This document shows positions 37,212 to 44,779 of a stretch of DNA of 64,000 nt, piece by piece. The position numbers and the translations under genes are program-made. Position 1 is the stretch's first letter. Each line of letters opens with the position of its first letter. Below the pieces are notes generated by a model. It saw only the letters and a list, made by a program, of their open reading frames with translations. It made no database searches and was not told where the DNA came from. Source of the DNA: Dehalococcoidia bacterium (GTDB lineage: Bacteria; Chloroflexota; Dehalococcoidia; Lucifugimonadales; VXLM01); contig CAXXCN010000003.1 in assembly GCA_963667105.2 (NCBI GenBank), positions 747,334 through 811,333 of the forward strand, given 5' to 3'.

Positions 37212-37371
37212 CGTCCGATTGTAACCTTATGCTTCGGCTAATTGCAAGGTTATAGAGCGTCAGATTGGAAGGTTTCGAAGCGTCCGATCGCAAGGTTACG
37301 ACGATGTCGGGGTCGTATGTCATCCACGCGAGGATGGCCTCTTCGACGTCGGGCTCGGTGATGATGGTCAT
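37212..37371 (-). repeat. Composite repeat copy A: a short ATG-led segment followed by four tandem about 23-bp iterons
   Basis: Minus strand: ATGACCATCATCACCGAGCCCGAC..., then TAACCTTGCGATCGGACG, AAACCTTCCAATCTGACG, AACCTTGCAATTAGCCG and AAGGTTACAATCGGACG, abutting the ATPase ATG. It aligns along its whole length with copy B. Confidence 0.8.
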
Positions 37372-37883
37372 TGCGCCCAGCCCGGCATGCCACAGATCAA
37401 GAAGAAAATGACGAGCAGAAAAGCGATGCCGTGCAGTACCCCGAAAACAATCGGAATTCCCAACTCGATAAGGGATATGGGGCGGTAAGCCCTGCTTCGT
37501 CCCTCCCCCAATTTGGGCCATTCGTAATCATATGGACCCGCCGGCAAATGTTGTTCAAGCTCCCGAATCACCTCGAATTTTACACGATTCAAGTCACGGT
37601 GCGACTTGATGATGATATATGACAGTGTGGAAACGATAATCCCGACTATAGCAACAGGAATCATCAAGTAGATAGGGCCTGAGCCCGCGGACTGAAAACC
37701 ATATAGGGCAACGAGCGCGGCATTTGCCGTTACGAGATATCTTCCCGATGAGACCCGCCGAGCGCTGACGTTCTCCGCCGACTGCACGAACACCTTGTAC
37801 TGTTCGACGAGATCAGCGTTGAAAGACTCTCCGTAGGTGTCTTTGGTGTGACGGATCAAAGGCTTTTTCGGTTGCTCCGGCAT
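37368..37883 (-). CDS. Small membrane protein with three predicted TM helices; candidate SLATT-like pore/effector
   Basis: 171 aa. Soluble N-terminal helix LVEQYKVFVQSAENVSARR, then hydrophobic segments at about residues 47-63, 71-92 and 136-165. The ATG is 6 nt after the upstream stop. Confidence 0.65.
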   Translation of the reverse strand: MPEQPKKPLIRHTKDTYGESFNADLVEQYKVFVQSAENVSARRVSSGRYLVTANAALVALYGFQSAGSGPIYLMIPVAIVGIIVSTLSYIIIKSHRDLNRVKFEVIRELEQHLPAGPYDYEWPKLGEGRSRAYRPISLIELGIPIVFGVLHGIAFLLVIFFLICGMPGWAQ

Positions 37884-37889
37884 ACCAAC

Positions 37890-38279
37890 TCATCCCATCC
37901 CGTTAATCAGGTTCTTCAAGTTCTCCCAAGTCCAGCTACGTATCTCGTCGCTGCTAAGTGCGTTTCTAGGTTTTGTGCAAGTCCTTCTCCTACGCCCCCT
38001 TAGCAGGAAGTACGGTGTACCCTCTTCACGAGCGATGGTGACTTCTGCTGCTACACCGGCGGCATCATGCGTGTGTTCCCCACAGATTACGATCATCAGA
38101 TCAACCCTACGAATGCGGTCTCGGACCTCCCTTCGCCAATTCTCATCTATCGGCTCCTGAACCGACCAGTCCGCGATGCTGAACGGCGACTCGGGGTCTC
38201 TCGCCTGGGCAACCAAGTCGCCCCGGCGGTCGTTATCGTGGTCGTAGTCAAAGCTAATGAACGCGCTCTTAGTAGCCAT
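37890..38279 (-). CDS. TIR-like protein of the DUF1863 / MTH538 (ThsB-type) family
   Basis: KSAFISFDYDHDND...VDLMIVICGEHTHDAAGVAAEVTIAREEGTPYF. ATG at 38279 is preceded by GGGAAGG; the track's TTG at 38348 is less likely. Confidence 0.7.
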   Translation of the reverse strand: MATKSAFISFDYDHDNDRRGDLVAQARDPESPFSIADWSVQEPIDENWRREVRDRIRRVDLMIVICGEHTHDAAGVAAEVTIAREEGTPYFLLRGRRRRTCTKPRNALSSDEIRSWTWENLKNLINGMG

Positions 38280-38350
38280 CGAACCTTCCCATGTTGCTAA
38301 TTTGTCGACTGTCAGTTCAGCACAGAAACATACATCGGCTGTTGCCAAGT

Positions 38351-39403
38351 CTAATTTAGGACTTCCACCAATTTAGCAACTATTTCGTCCGTACCTTGAG
38401 ATGATGTATTCAATGCAACTATATCTGCTAATGTTGGGCTGAATTTCGTTACGTCCTCCTTCGACAACCCATGCCATATCGGTAGGACGGCATTCTGTTC
38501 CTGGACTTTCAGCGTTACCAGACCGTCCAACTCAATCTGAGGCCATTCCTTCTCAAAGAAGCTGGTTGACAATACCACGATGCCAAAGCTTGAATCGATT
38601 AGTCCTCGTTCAATCTCTCTCCGTAAACTATCTCCCACTTTCAGCGTGAACTCGTCATACCATACATTTAACCCTCTAGCAATAAGTGCTTTTGCCAGTG
38701 GACGCACGCAATTCTCTTTATCTTCACTCGCATGACAAATAAAAAAATCATATTTTTCGGTTCGTTCAATCCTTGGACTCGTGGTAACCCCAGATATCGT
38801 TGCAATATTGCCTTCACCGTCGGAGCGACGCAAGTTCCTTTCAGTAGCTCCACTATTGAGCTCTGCCACTCGGCTATGGCCATTAACCGTCAACCTTACT
38901 TCAGAAGCTAGACTTCCATCTACGTATCGTGTGAGCTCAATCCAATCCTTTTTCGACAGTTCCTCGCACAAGTAGGCAACTTCGGTCCACCCTGTTGATC
39001 CAGACCATGCCAAGGCTCCCAAATACGTGCTGTCGGTTCTGTCTAGCAATGGTACCCATGTGCCTATGTGTTCCGACGAACACTTCGCAATATATCGAAG
39101 CAGTCTATCAACCCGCTCATGAACCGGAAGACTACGTTTGGATTGTGCGTAAGCTAGCGCATCCGCCGTTACCTTAGGCCGAATCACACCCTGCAAACGC
39201 TGATTTACGAGCCATGTGGTTAAGCCTGCCTTGTGCCGGTCATCCGGCGAGCCGATATCATGGAACAGGTTGCTAGGAATCACATATCCTCCACCTGCGC
39301 GCTCAGAGTGCTCGATGATTATCTCACTTTGATCGGGAACGGTATACCCAGTCGCCTCGTAGTAATCGCCCCAAATTAGACATGTATTGAACCGACGTGT
39401 CAT
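38351..39403 (-). CDS. TIR-domain protein with an unassigned about 215-aa N-terminal domain (possibly winged-helix-containing)
   Basis: The C-terminal domain YDFFICHASEDKENCVRPLAKAL...IVVLSTSFFEKEWPQIELDGL...LPIWHG is a canonical bacterial TIR. RBS AAGGAGAG. The ATG overlaps the stop of the hsdS remnant (ATGA). Confidence 0.85.
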   Translation of the reverse strand: MTRRFNTCLIWGDYYEATGYTVPDQSEIIIEHSERAGGGYVIPSNLFHDIGSPDDRHKAGLTTWLVNQRLQGVIRPKVTADALAYAQSKRSLPVHERVDRLLRYIAKCSSEHIGTWVPLLDRTDSTYLGALAWSGSTGWTEVAYLCEELSKKDWIELTRYVDGSLASEVRLTVNGHSRVAELNSGATERNLRRSDGEGNIATISGVTTSPRIERTEKYDFFICHASEDKENCVRPLAKALIARGLNVWYDEFTLKVGDSLRREIERGLIDSSFGIVVLSTSFFEKEWPQIELDGLVTLKVQEQNAVLPIWHGLSKEDVTKFSPTLADIVALNTSSQGTDEIVAKLVEVLN

Positions 39404-39648
39404 CGCTCTCTCCTTGTGCTAGGCACCGCTGCTGAGTATCCAGCCACATCAACCCTAACCTCCCCCGACACCAGCCGCGGCAACAGTGCATCCCGTTGCG
39501 CGGCGAGGGCACGGGATTCCTCCTCTAGCTGATGGCGGCACGTGAAGACGGTGCCGGCATAGTCGTTGAATTCGTCTACTATCAGTCTATCAGGTACAAG
39601 TTGCCTGTTCATGTACGCCAGATTCGATTGAGGCCCGGCACCGCTGAA
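39400..39648 (-). pseudogene. hsdS: Remnant of a type I restriction-modification specificity subunit (hsdS 3' end)
   Basis: The open frame gives ...FTCRHQLEEESRALAAQRDALLPRLVSGEVRVDV, resembling the conserved C-terminal helix of HsdS. The frame is closed by a stop at 39649-39651, so only about 80 codons remain. Confidence 0.5.
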
Positions 39649-39740
39649 TCAACCGAAACGGACGGAAGGTCTTGGGCAGTCAATGCAAAGAACAAGAAGA
39701 GCATCCCTTTGTTATCGTCTTTGGGCACAACATAGAAGGG

Positions 39741-39774
39741 AATTATATATAACGCTTGACGAGTCACGCTGTAA
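39741..39774 (-). promoter_or_regulatory. Candidate sigma70-type promoter for the hsdS-remnant/TIR operon
   Basis: Minus strand reads TTACAG, a 17-nt spacer, then TATATA(TAAT), in the AT-rich gap about 100 nt upstream of the remnant ORF. Confidence 0.35.
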
Positions 39775-39957
39775 GGCTAGGCTTGGAAGCGAGTCCGTAG
39801 CTCCCATTATTGAGATCGGGTTCTTTCGGCCTTTCGGAAGATCGCTCGTGCCAAGTCCTCAGCCGACCTCGGCATCGGCGTGCTGTCTGGTATCCTCACG
39901 CCCGCTGTTTTTACAGGCCTGTCTCTTCTTGCGTCGTGGCATCGTGTCCCCCTTGAT

Positions 39958-40470
39958 TCACCACGTTAGTCGATCTGCGTAGCTTACCTTGGCTCCCAAA
40001 GCTACGCGATTTTCGTTCGGATAATAGACCCCGATGAGGTAGTTGTACTTCCCCTTGCCGATATCACGGCCCGGGGCTCCGTCTTTCATGTGACTCTTCG
40101 TCATTCTCACGAAGTTCTCGCCCAACTCCCGCGCCCGGCTTTGGCTCGTAGCAAAGTTCACTACTAACACCAGATTGATGTCTTTACCATCCTGAGTAAT
40201 GGCGGCATCCATGATGTCTGAGTAGCCCTCAATGGTCCGAATAAGTATGTCTTCGATGTCCTTGACGGTCGGTTGAGTCGGTGTAGGACTCGGACTAGGA
40301 GTATGCGTTGGGCTGGGTCGAGTCGGCTCAGGAATAGTGATGACCGTGCCGGCAGGTTCATCTTGAGTTGTGTTCTCGCAGTCCTCCTCGGCGGCTGTCG
40401 CCAACCCCAGTAGAATTATGGCAATGACTCCCATCCATAGTTTTGCTCTGTGTCTCGCCGTGTGCCTCAT
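39958..40470 (-). CDS. Hypothetical secreted protein with a Pro/Thr-rich linker
   Basis: Signal-peptide-like N-terminus (KLWMGVIAIILLGLATAA), a PSPTHTPSPSPTPTQP linker and a C-terminal domain of about 100 aa. SD AAGGAGGG lies before the ATG. Confidence 0.6.
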   Translation of the reverse strand: MRHTARHRAKLWMGVIAIILLGLATAAEEDCENTTQDEPAGTVITIPEPTRPSPTHTPSPSPTPTQPTVKDIEDILIRTIEGYSDIMDAAITQDGKDINLVLVVNFATSQSRARELGENFVRMTKSHMKDGAPGRDIGKGKYNYLIGVYYPNENRVALGAKVSYADRLTW

Positions 40471-40490
40471 GGTGCCCTCCTTGCAAAGGA

Positions 40491-40600
40491 TTAGGTGTTA
40501 CCAGGCACCGGCATCCACGGCGTGAGCCCGCAAGGAGGACCCGAAGGCCCAATCCTTGAAAGCTCACGCCTTCGCGTGGCCGATGCCTGGTAGACCTAAT
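40491..40600 (-). ncRNA. About 110-nt rod-like hairpin in the 5' leader of 39958-40470; candidate structured RNA of unknown class
   Basis: Arms at 40491-40527 and 40562-40600 pair over about 28 bp with internal loops. The apical stem is CAAGGA/UCCUUG plus GGGCC-UUCG-GGUCC. Two mismatches become G-U pairs only on the minus-strand transcript. Confidence 0.4.
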
Positions 40601-40857
40601 ACTACCGTTCGCGCAAGAACGCGACAAGGGGTAGCGGGAGGTGTTCATGTAGGAGGCGGGTGCTCGAATTTGATGGCGCGAGACATGATTTGACGATGGG
40701 GCCGGATGAAATCCGGGTTGAGGTCTAGAAGGACGGAGAGTTGGTCGAAGAGGTATGGCCTGTCGAGCCCGTGAACTTCAAGCTAAGGGAGCCTAGCTAA
40801 GCTATCCCTCGCAAGATCGTCGTTCGCTGAAGCCTACAATTCCAGACCGGATCTCCG

Positions 40858-42834
40858 TCAGTATTGGAACGGCGTCGGGATGGTGCCGCCGTGCCACGGA
40901 AAGGCGTAGCTGGGGTCGTTGGCGAATCGGCGCATCCCGGCCTCAATCCGAATAGACGTTGAGCGAGGAAGCCGGACCTCAAAATACTTGGAGTCCAGCG
41001 GCTGAACATTCCCGCCAACATTAATCTCGGTAAACTGGTGCTCCCCGAATGCCCCCGCCTGGACGATAACGTTCCGTGTTTCGCTCCGGCTGAGATTCAC
41101 GAGTTGAATTCCGACTCCGTCGGCCGACAGCGAGTCCACAAGTGCGCCGACGTCCTTCGGGAGGCCGGGCCGCGCGAGGTCCTTGTCGAAATACCGCACG
41201 GTCGCCCGAAGCAGCCCGCCGTGATAGACGGAATGCGGGCTTCCCAGCATCGTCTGGGTCAACACCTTCGTGTACACCGGATTCGGCGGCTCCTCGTTGT
41301 CGGCGATCAGTTGGAATGCGTCCCTGTCGTCGGCCTTCAGCCGCTCATACGCTTCCACCGCCTGCTGGTACTGGGCTACCAACGCCTTCTCCGGCCAGTT
41401 GGGGTTCTTCCCGTCGTAGTACTGGAACCGGCTGTACTCGGTTTCCCAGTCCGCCCGGCGGTCGGGATGGAAGGTCACCTCGTTCCAGTCGCGCTCCTTG
41501 TCTCCCTCCCGCAGCCGGACGATGAGGTCGTAGTCCTCCTTCGACATCGACATGTGGTACACGTGGACAGGCTCGTAGACCCGCATCGAATCCGGGCCGA
41601 GCAGGACACCGTCTCCCGAACTCTCCCGAGCCCATCCGTCGGGCCCAACCCTCCTCGGCACGAGGAGGTGACCGTCTTCGCGGGTGAACGAGTTGTCGAG
41701 GAGCATCTTGAGTTGAGAGCGCATGAGGTCCGCGTATCCGAGATCGCCGCTCAAGAGCACGGCACACTCGGTCGCGACCATGACCGAGTGGAACAGGCGG
41801 GTGCAGCCGTATCCGCTGTTCCAGCCGTACAGGCCGCCCCACCAGTTGCCGTCCCTGTGCTCGCCGATCTTCCCGGTCGGACCGACGTTGTCGGGGATGA
41901 CGCCGCCGTTTTGGCGAATGCGCTCCATCCAGACATCCACGTACTCCAACACCCACTTCTTGTACTTCTCCTCGCCGGTGTAGAGGTACGCGTTCGTCAC
42001 GAGTCCGGTGGCCGACAGGTTCGCAACGAGGTCACCGTTCAGCACGATGTGGTTGAACAGCCCGATGACCTCTTCAGCCTTCTCCGGGTCGTCCCACCAA
42101 CCGAACTCCAAGTCCTTGACGATGGGGTACAGGGAAGAACGGGAACCCATCGGGCGAGGCTTCCACGCGGGGTTGTCGAGTGACGTACCGCCGTGCAGAT
42201 AGTCCTTGACCGAGTAGAGAGGGGCATCGTGCCAAGGCCCCTGGCTGCTGTTCATCGGCGACCGGATGATTTTGTGAACGGGATCCCAGTTCGGGGCCTC
42301 GGGGTCCTCGCCGATATACATCGCGGCGAAGCGCTTGGCCCGCCTGACGTTCTCCGAGATCGTGGGATCAGCCACGCCAAAATCGTAGAACGCCATGTTG
42401 CCTTCGCCCATGTGGTGCCACTCCGCGTCGCCGGGATGGGCAAGGCTGAAATACTCGTTGTGGATGCTGTACTTGAGCTCCTTCGCGGTATCCCCGTGAT
42501 AGTAATCAAGGTTGTTGATGCGGTTCCCGTCGCGGTCGTCGAAGAGGCGCGTGGTAGCGTTCCAGTGCTTCAAGGCCAGGTCGACGAGGTTCTCGCTTCC
42601 TCCGAGAGCATACAGAAGACACCAGTTATACGATCTCTCGTAGTAATCATCCATGTCGTCCGACCAGTACCACGCTCCGCTTCGCTCGGCGTACTTCCGG
42701 CTCATCACGGGAGCGGCCTCCTCCATGAGGGCCATGAGCTTGCGTTGAAGGATCGCCCACGACGGCGGGGCCGTAATGTCCGTGGCCTGCACGCCAACCA
42801 TCTTCGGCATCGACACGGTTTTTTGATTCGCCAT
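40858..42834 (-). CDS. Hypothetical 658-aa protein (Trp/Tyr-rich, possibly carbohydrate-active)
   Basis: Long ORF with normal composition, divergent from the glycoside-hydrolase-like gene at 43000. No motif I can assign. Confidence 0.65.
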   Translation of the reverse strand: MANQKTVSMPKMVGVQATDITAPPSWAILQRKLMALMEEAAPVMSRKYAERSGAWYWSDDMDDYYERSYNWCLLYALGGSENLVDLALKHWNATTRLFDDRDGNRINNLDYYHGDTAKELKYSIHNEYFSLAHPGDAEWHHMGEGNMAFYDFGVADPTISENVRRAKRFAAMYIGEDPEAPNWDPVHKIIRSPMNSSQGPWHDAPLYSVKDYLHGGTSLDNPAWKPRPMGSRSSLYPIVKDLEFGWWDDPEKAEEVIGLFNHIVLNGDLVANLSATGLVTNAYLYTGEEKYKKWVLEYVDVWMERIRQNGGVIPDNVGPTGKIGEHRDGNWWGGLYGWNSGYGCTRLFHSVMVATECAVLLSGDLGYADLMRSQLKMLLDNSFTREDGHLLVPRRVGPDGWARESSGDGVLLGPDSMRVYEPVHVYHMSMSKEDYDLIVRLREGDKERDWNEVTFHPDRRADWETEYSRFQYYDGKNPNWPEKALVAQYQQAVEAYERLKADDRDAFQLIADNEEPPNPVYTKVLTQTMLGSPHSVYHGGLLRATVRYFDKDLARPGLPKDVGALVDSLSADGVGIQLVNLSRSETRNVIVQAGAFGEHQFTEINVGGNVQPLDSKYFEVRLPRSTSIRIEAGMRRFANDPSYAFPWHGGTIPTPFQY

Positions 42835-42999
42835 TATCGGACCTCCCTGTAGTTACCACGTGCTCGGGCCCGATTATATGCGGTCGCGTCTCGGAGGAAC
42901 AAGACGCAGCAGCGTGTGTCCGCGCGTTGAAGCGATGCCGGTAATTCACTATCATGGGGCCGAGTTATCGAAATCCGATCGTGGTGAGCTTGTCGAACC

Positions 43000-44646
43000 A
43001 TGAGCACCCACCTCTCCCCCGACCACGTTGCGGCCATCGAGCGCGAGCGCCGCGTCGTCGTGAACTTCGACGCCTTCCCCTCGATGATGCACCTGCCGAG
43101 CATCAACGTCGAGCACATGAAAGCGGCCCTCTTCGAGTTTATCGACGACCCGCAGACGCGTATCGACAGCGTGTGGTGGAATTTCACCGAGGGCAACGAG
43201 GCCTACTGGCCCAGCAAGATTCTCCCCTTCATCGATGCTCCCCCCTACGGCGAGTGGCAAGAGACGGGGTTCGATCCCGTCCAAACACTCCTGGATGAGA
43301 CGCGCCGCCGGGGACTGGAGACGTTCTTCACCTACCGCATCAACGGCTCGGACAACGACGTGCATGGCCGCGTTCCACGGCTGGCCATGAAAGAGGAGCA
43401 CCCCGACTGGCTCATCCACACGTGGAACAAGACCATTGGAGACGCCACCGGCGAGCGTCTGAACGGCTACTGGAATTTCGCCGTCCAGGGAGTACGCGAC
43501 TACAAGCTGAGCATCCTCGAGGAGATCGCCGGGCAGTACGACTTCGACGGCATGGAGATCGACTTCGCGCGGGTGAGTCCCGTCCTTCCGCCCGGCCGGC
43601 AGTGGGAGAACCGGGACGCGCTGACCGACTTCATGCGGTCGGTCAGATCGATGCTGCTCAGGGTCGGAGAGAGGCGTGGACGCCCCTGCCTCCTGGCCGC
43701 CCGCGTACCGGAGAATCTCGTGGGCTGCCGCATGGATGGACTGGACGTGGAGACGTGGGCGCGAGAGGAACTGGTGGATATCTTCACGCTCGGGTGCCGG
43801 TCGTTCGACGTGGACGTCGCGGCGTTCAGGCGGATCACGGAGGGCACCCACATCAAGCTCTACCCCGTCCTGGACGACCACCACTCCACGGACGGTTACC
43901 GGTTCCCGCCAATCGAGGTCTTCCGGGGAGTCATGGCCAACTGGCTCCACCAGGGCGCCGACGGCCTCCAGACCTTCAACTTCGCCTACGCGAGTTCCGA
44001 GACCCTCGAGAAGTACGGAATGCGGGACACGTGGACGGGATGGCCGACGCACCTCCGGTTCTACCGCGAGCTTGCCGACGTCGATGCCATGAATCAAAGG
44101 AGCAAGGTCTTTGTCGCGCAGAGGCGCGGCGGCGGTCATGGCCCCTTCGTCGTTCCAAACCCCGAGGACTGGTCGACGCCGAGATGGATGTACTTCAATA
44201 CGAACATGCTCGCTCCTCTGCCCGCCGATCTCGACCCGGACGGGCGGGCGGACACCCTCCTCCACGTCTACGTCGGCGAGCGGGTACCACCCGATGCGGA
44301 GGTCACGGTCCGGCTGCTGCTCTCGGACGATTCCGCCGCCGACCTGCCTGATGACGAACGCTTGCAGCGCGTCCTCGTGGCAACCATCGGACACACGGAG
44401 AGTCGGCTGGAGAACGTACCGCCCGCTATCGGTATCGAGCGGCATGTGGAATTGCGCCTGAACAACGCCCTCCTCGAGATATCGTCGGTTGACGATGGAT
44501 GGCTGGTGTTCCAAGCGCTCCCTGCACAGCTTGCCACAGGCGAAAACCTCGTAGGTCTCAAATTGACGGAAATGGAGCCGAGAGCGCGGGGCCGGGTTAC
44601 GATTGAGAAGCTGGAAATACACGTGCATAGAGTGACCTCACGATGA
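43000..44646 (+). CDS. Hypothetical TIM-barrel glycoside-hydrolase-like protein (paralogue of 26233-27831)
   Basis: Shares ordered sequence blocks with 26233-27831. The antisense 558-aa ORF is Arg/Pro-rich shadow. Confidence 0.62.
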   Translation: MSTHLSPDHVAAIERERRVVVNFDAFPSMMHLPSINVEHMKAALFEFIDDPQTRIDSVWWNFTEGNEAYWPSKILPFIDAPPYGEWQETGFDPVQTLLDETRRRGLETFFTYRINGSDNDVHGRVPRLAMKEEHPDWLIHTWNKTIGDATGERLNGYWNFAVQGVRDYKLSILEEIAGQYDFDGMEIDFARVSPVLPPGRQWENRDALTDFMRSVRSMLLRVGERRGRPCLLAARVPENLVGCRMDGLDVETWAREELVDIFTLGCRSFDVDVAAFRRITEGTHIKLYPVLDDHHSTDGYRFPPIEVFRGVMANWLHQGADGLQTFNFAYASSETLEKYGMRDTWTGWPTHLRFYRELADVDAMNQRSKVFVAQRRGGGHGPFVVPNPEDWSTPRWMYFNTNMLAPLPADLDPDGRADTLLHVYVGERVPPDAEVTVRLLLSDDSAADLPDDERLQRVLVATIGHTESRLENVPPAIGIERHVELRLNNALLEISSVDDGWLVFQALPAQLATGENLVGLKLTEMEPRARGRVTIEKLEIHVHRVTSR

Positions 44647-44779
44647 AGGATTCCTGATCGAAAGCGCAAATCGGGCAGGGGATTGCTGAAGCGGAGCACT
44701 CAAGCAGACTTGGTATAATCCCACTACGACTCGTCACCGATACGTACTCGCCGCAGCATCAAAGCTCAGGAGGTCGATC

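Noticed and set aside
35765-37371. The repeats as integron attC sites marking a gene-cassette array.
   Set aside because: No intI gene is present. The inverted-repeat cores are built on TTGCAA and do not fit the RYYYAAC / GTTRRRY attC core consensus. The other tightly packed genes of the island have no such site after them.
39683-39982. A 99-aa plus-strand ORF in the gap upstream of the TIR operon.
   Set aside because: Low-complexity, Ser/Arg/Leu-rich translation with no RBS. It overlaps the 3' end of the minus-strand secreted-protein gene. The gap is better explained as a promoter or leader region.
40491-40600. The long hairpin as SRP (4.5S) RNA, 6S RNA or a known riboswitch.
   Set aside because: It lacks the conserved SRP domain IV motifs (GGAA tetraloop with AGCAGCC-type symmetric loop) and the 6S central bubble. 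I could not match any riboswitch core I remember. It is kept only as an unclassified structured-RNA candidate.
42952-44628. A long antisense ORF (558 aa). Similar shadow ORFs include 52035-53627, 61582-62706, 26052-27275, 26152-27264, 33210-34313, 14615-15583, 7738-8742, 3335-4309 and 4262-4900.
   Set aside because: These are typical high-GC shadow frames. They are extremely Arg/Pro/Gly/His-rich, have no motifs, and each lies fully opposite or out of frame to an ORF with clear family signatures.
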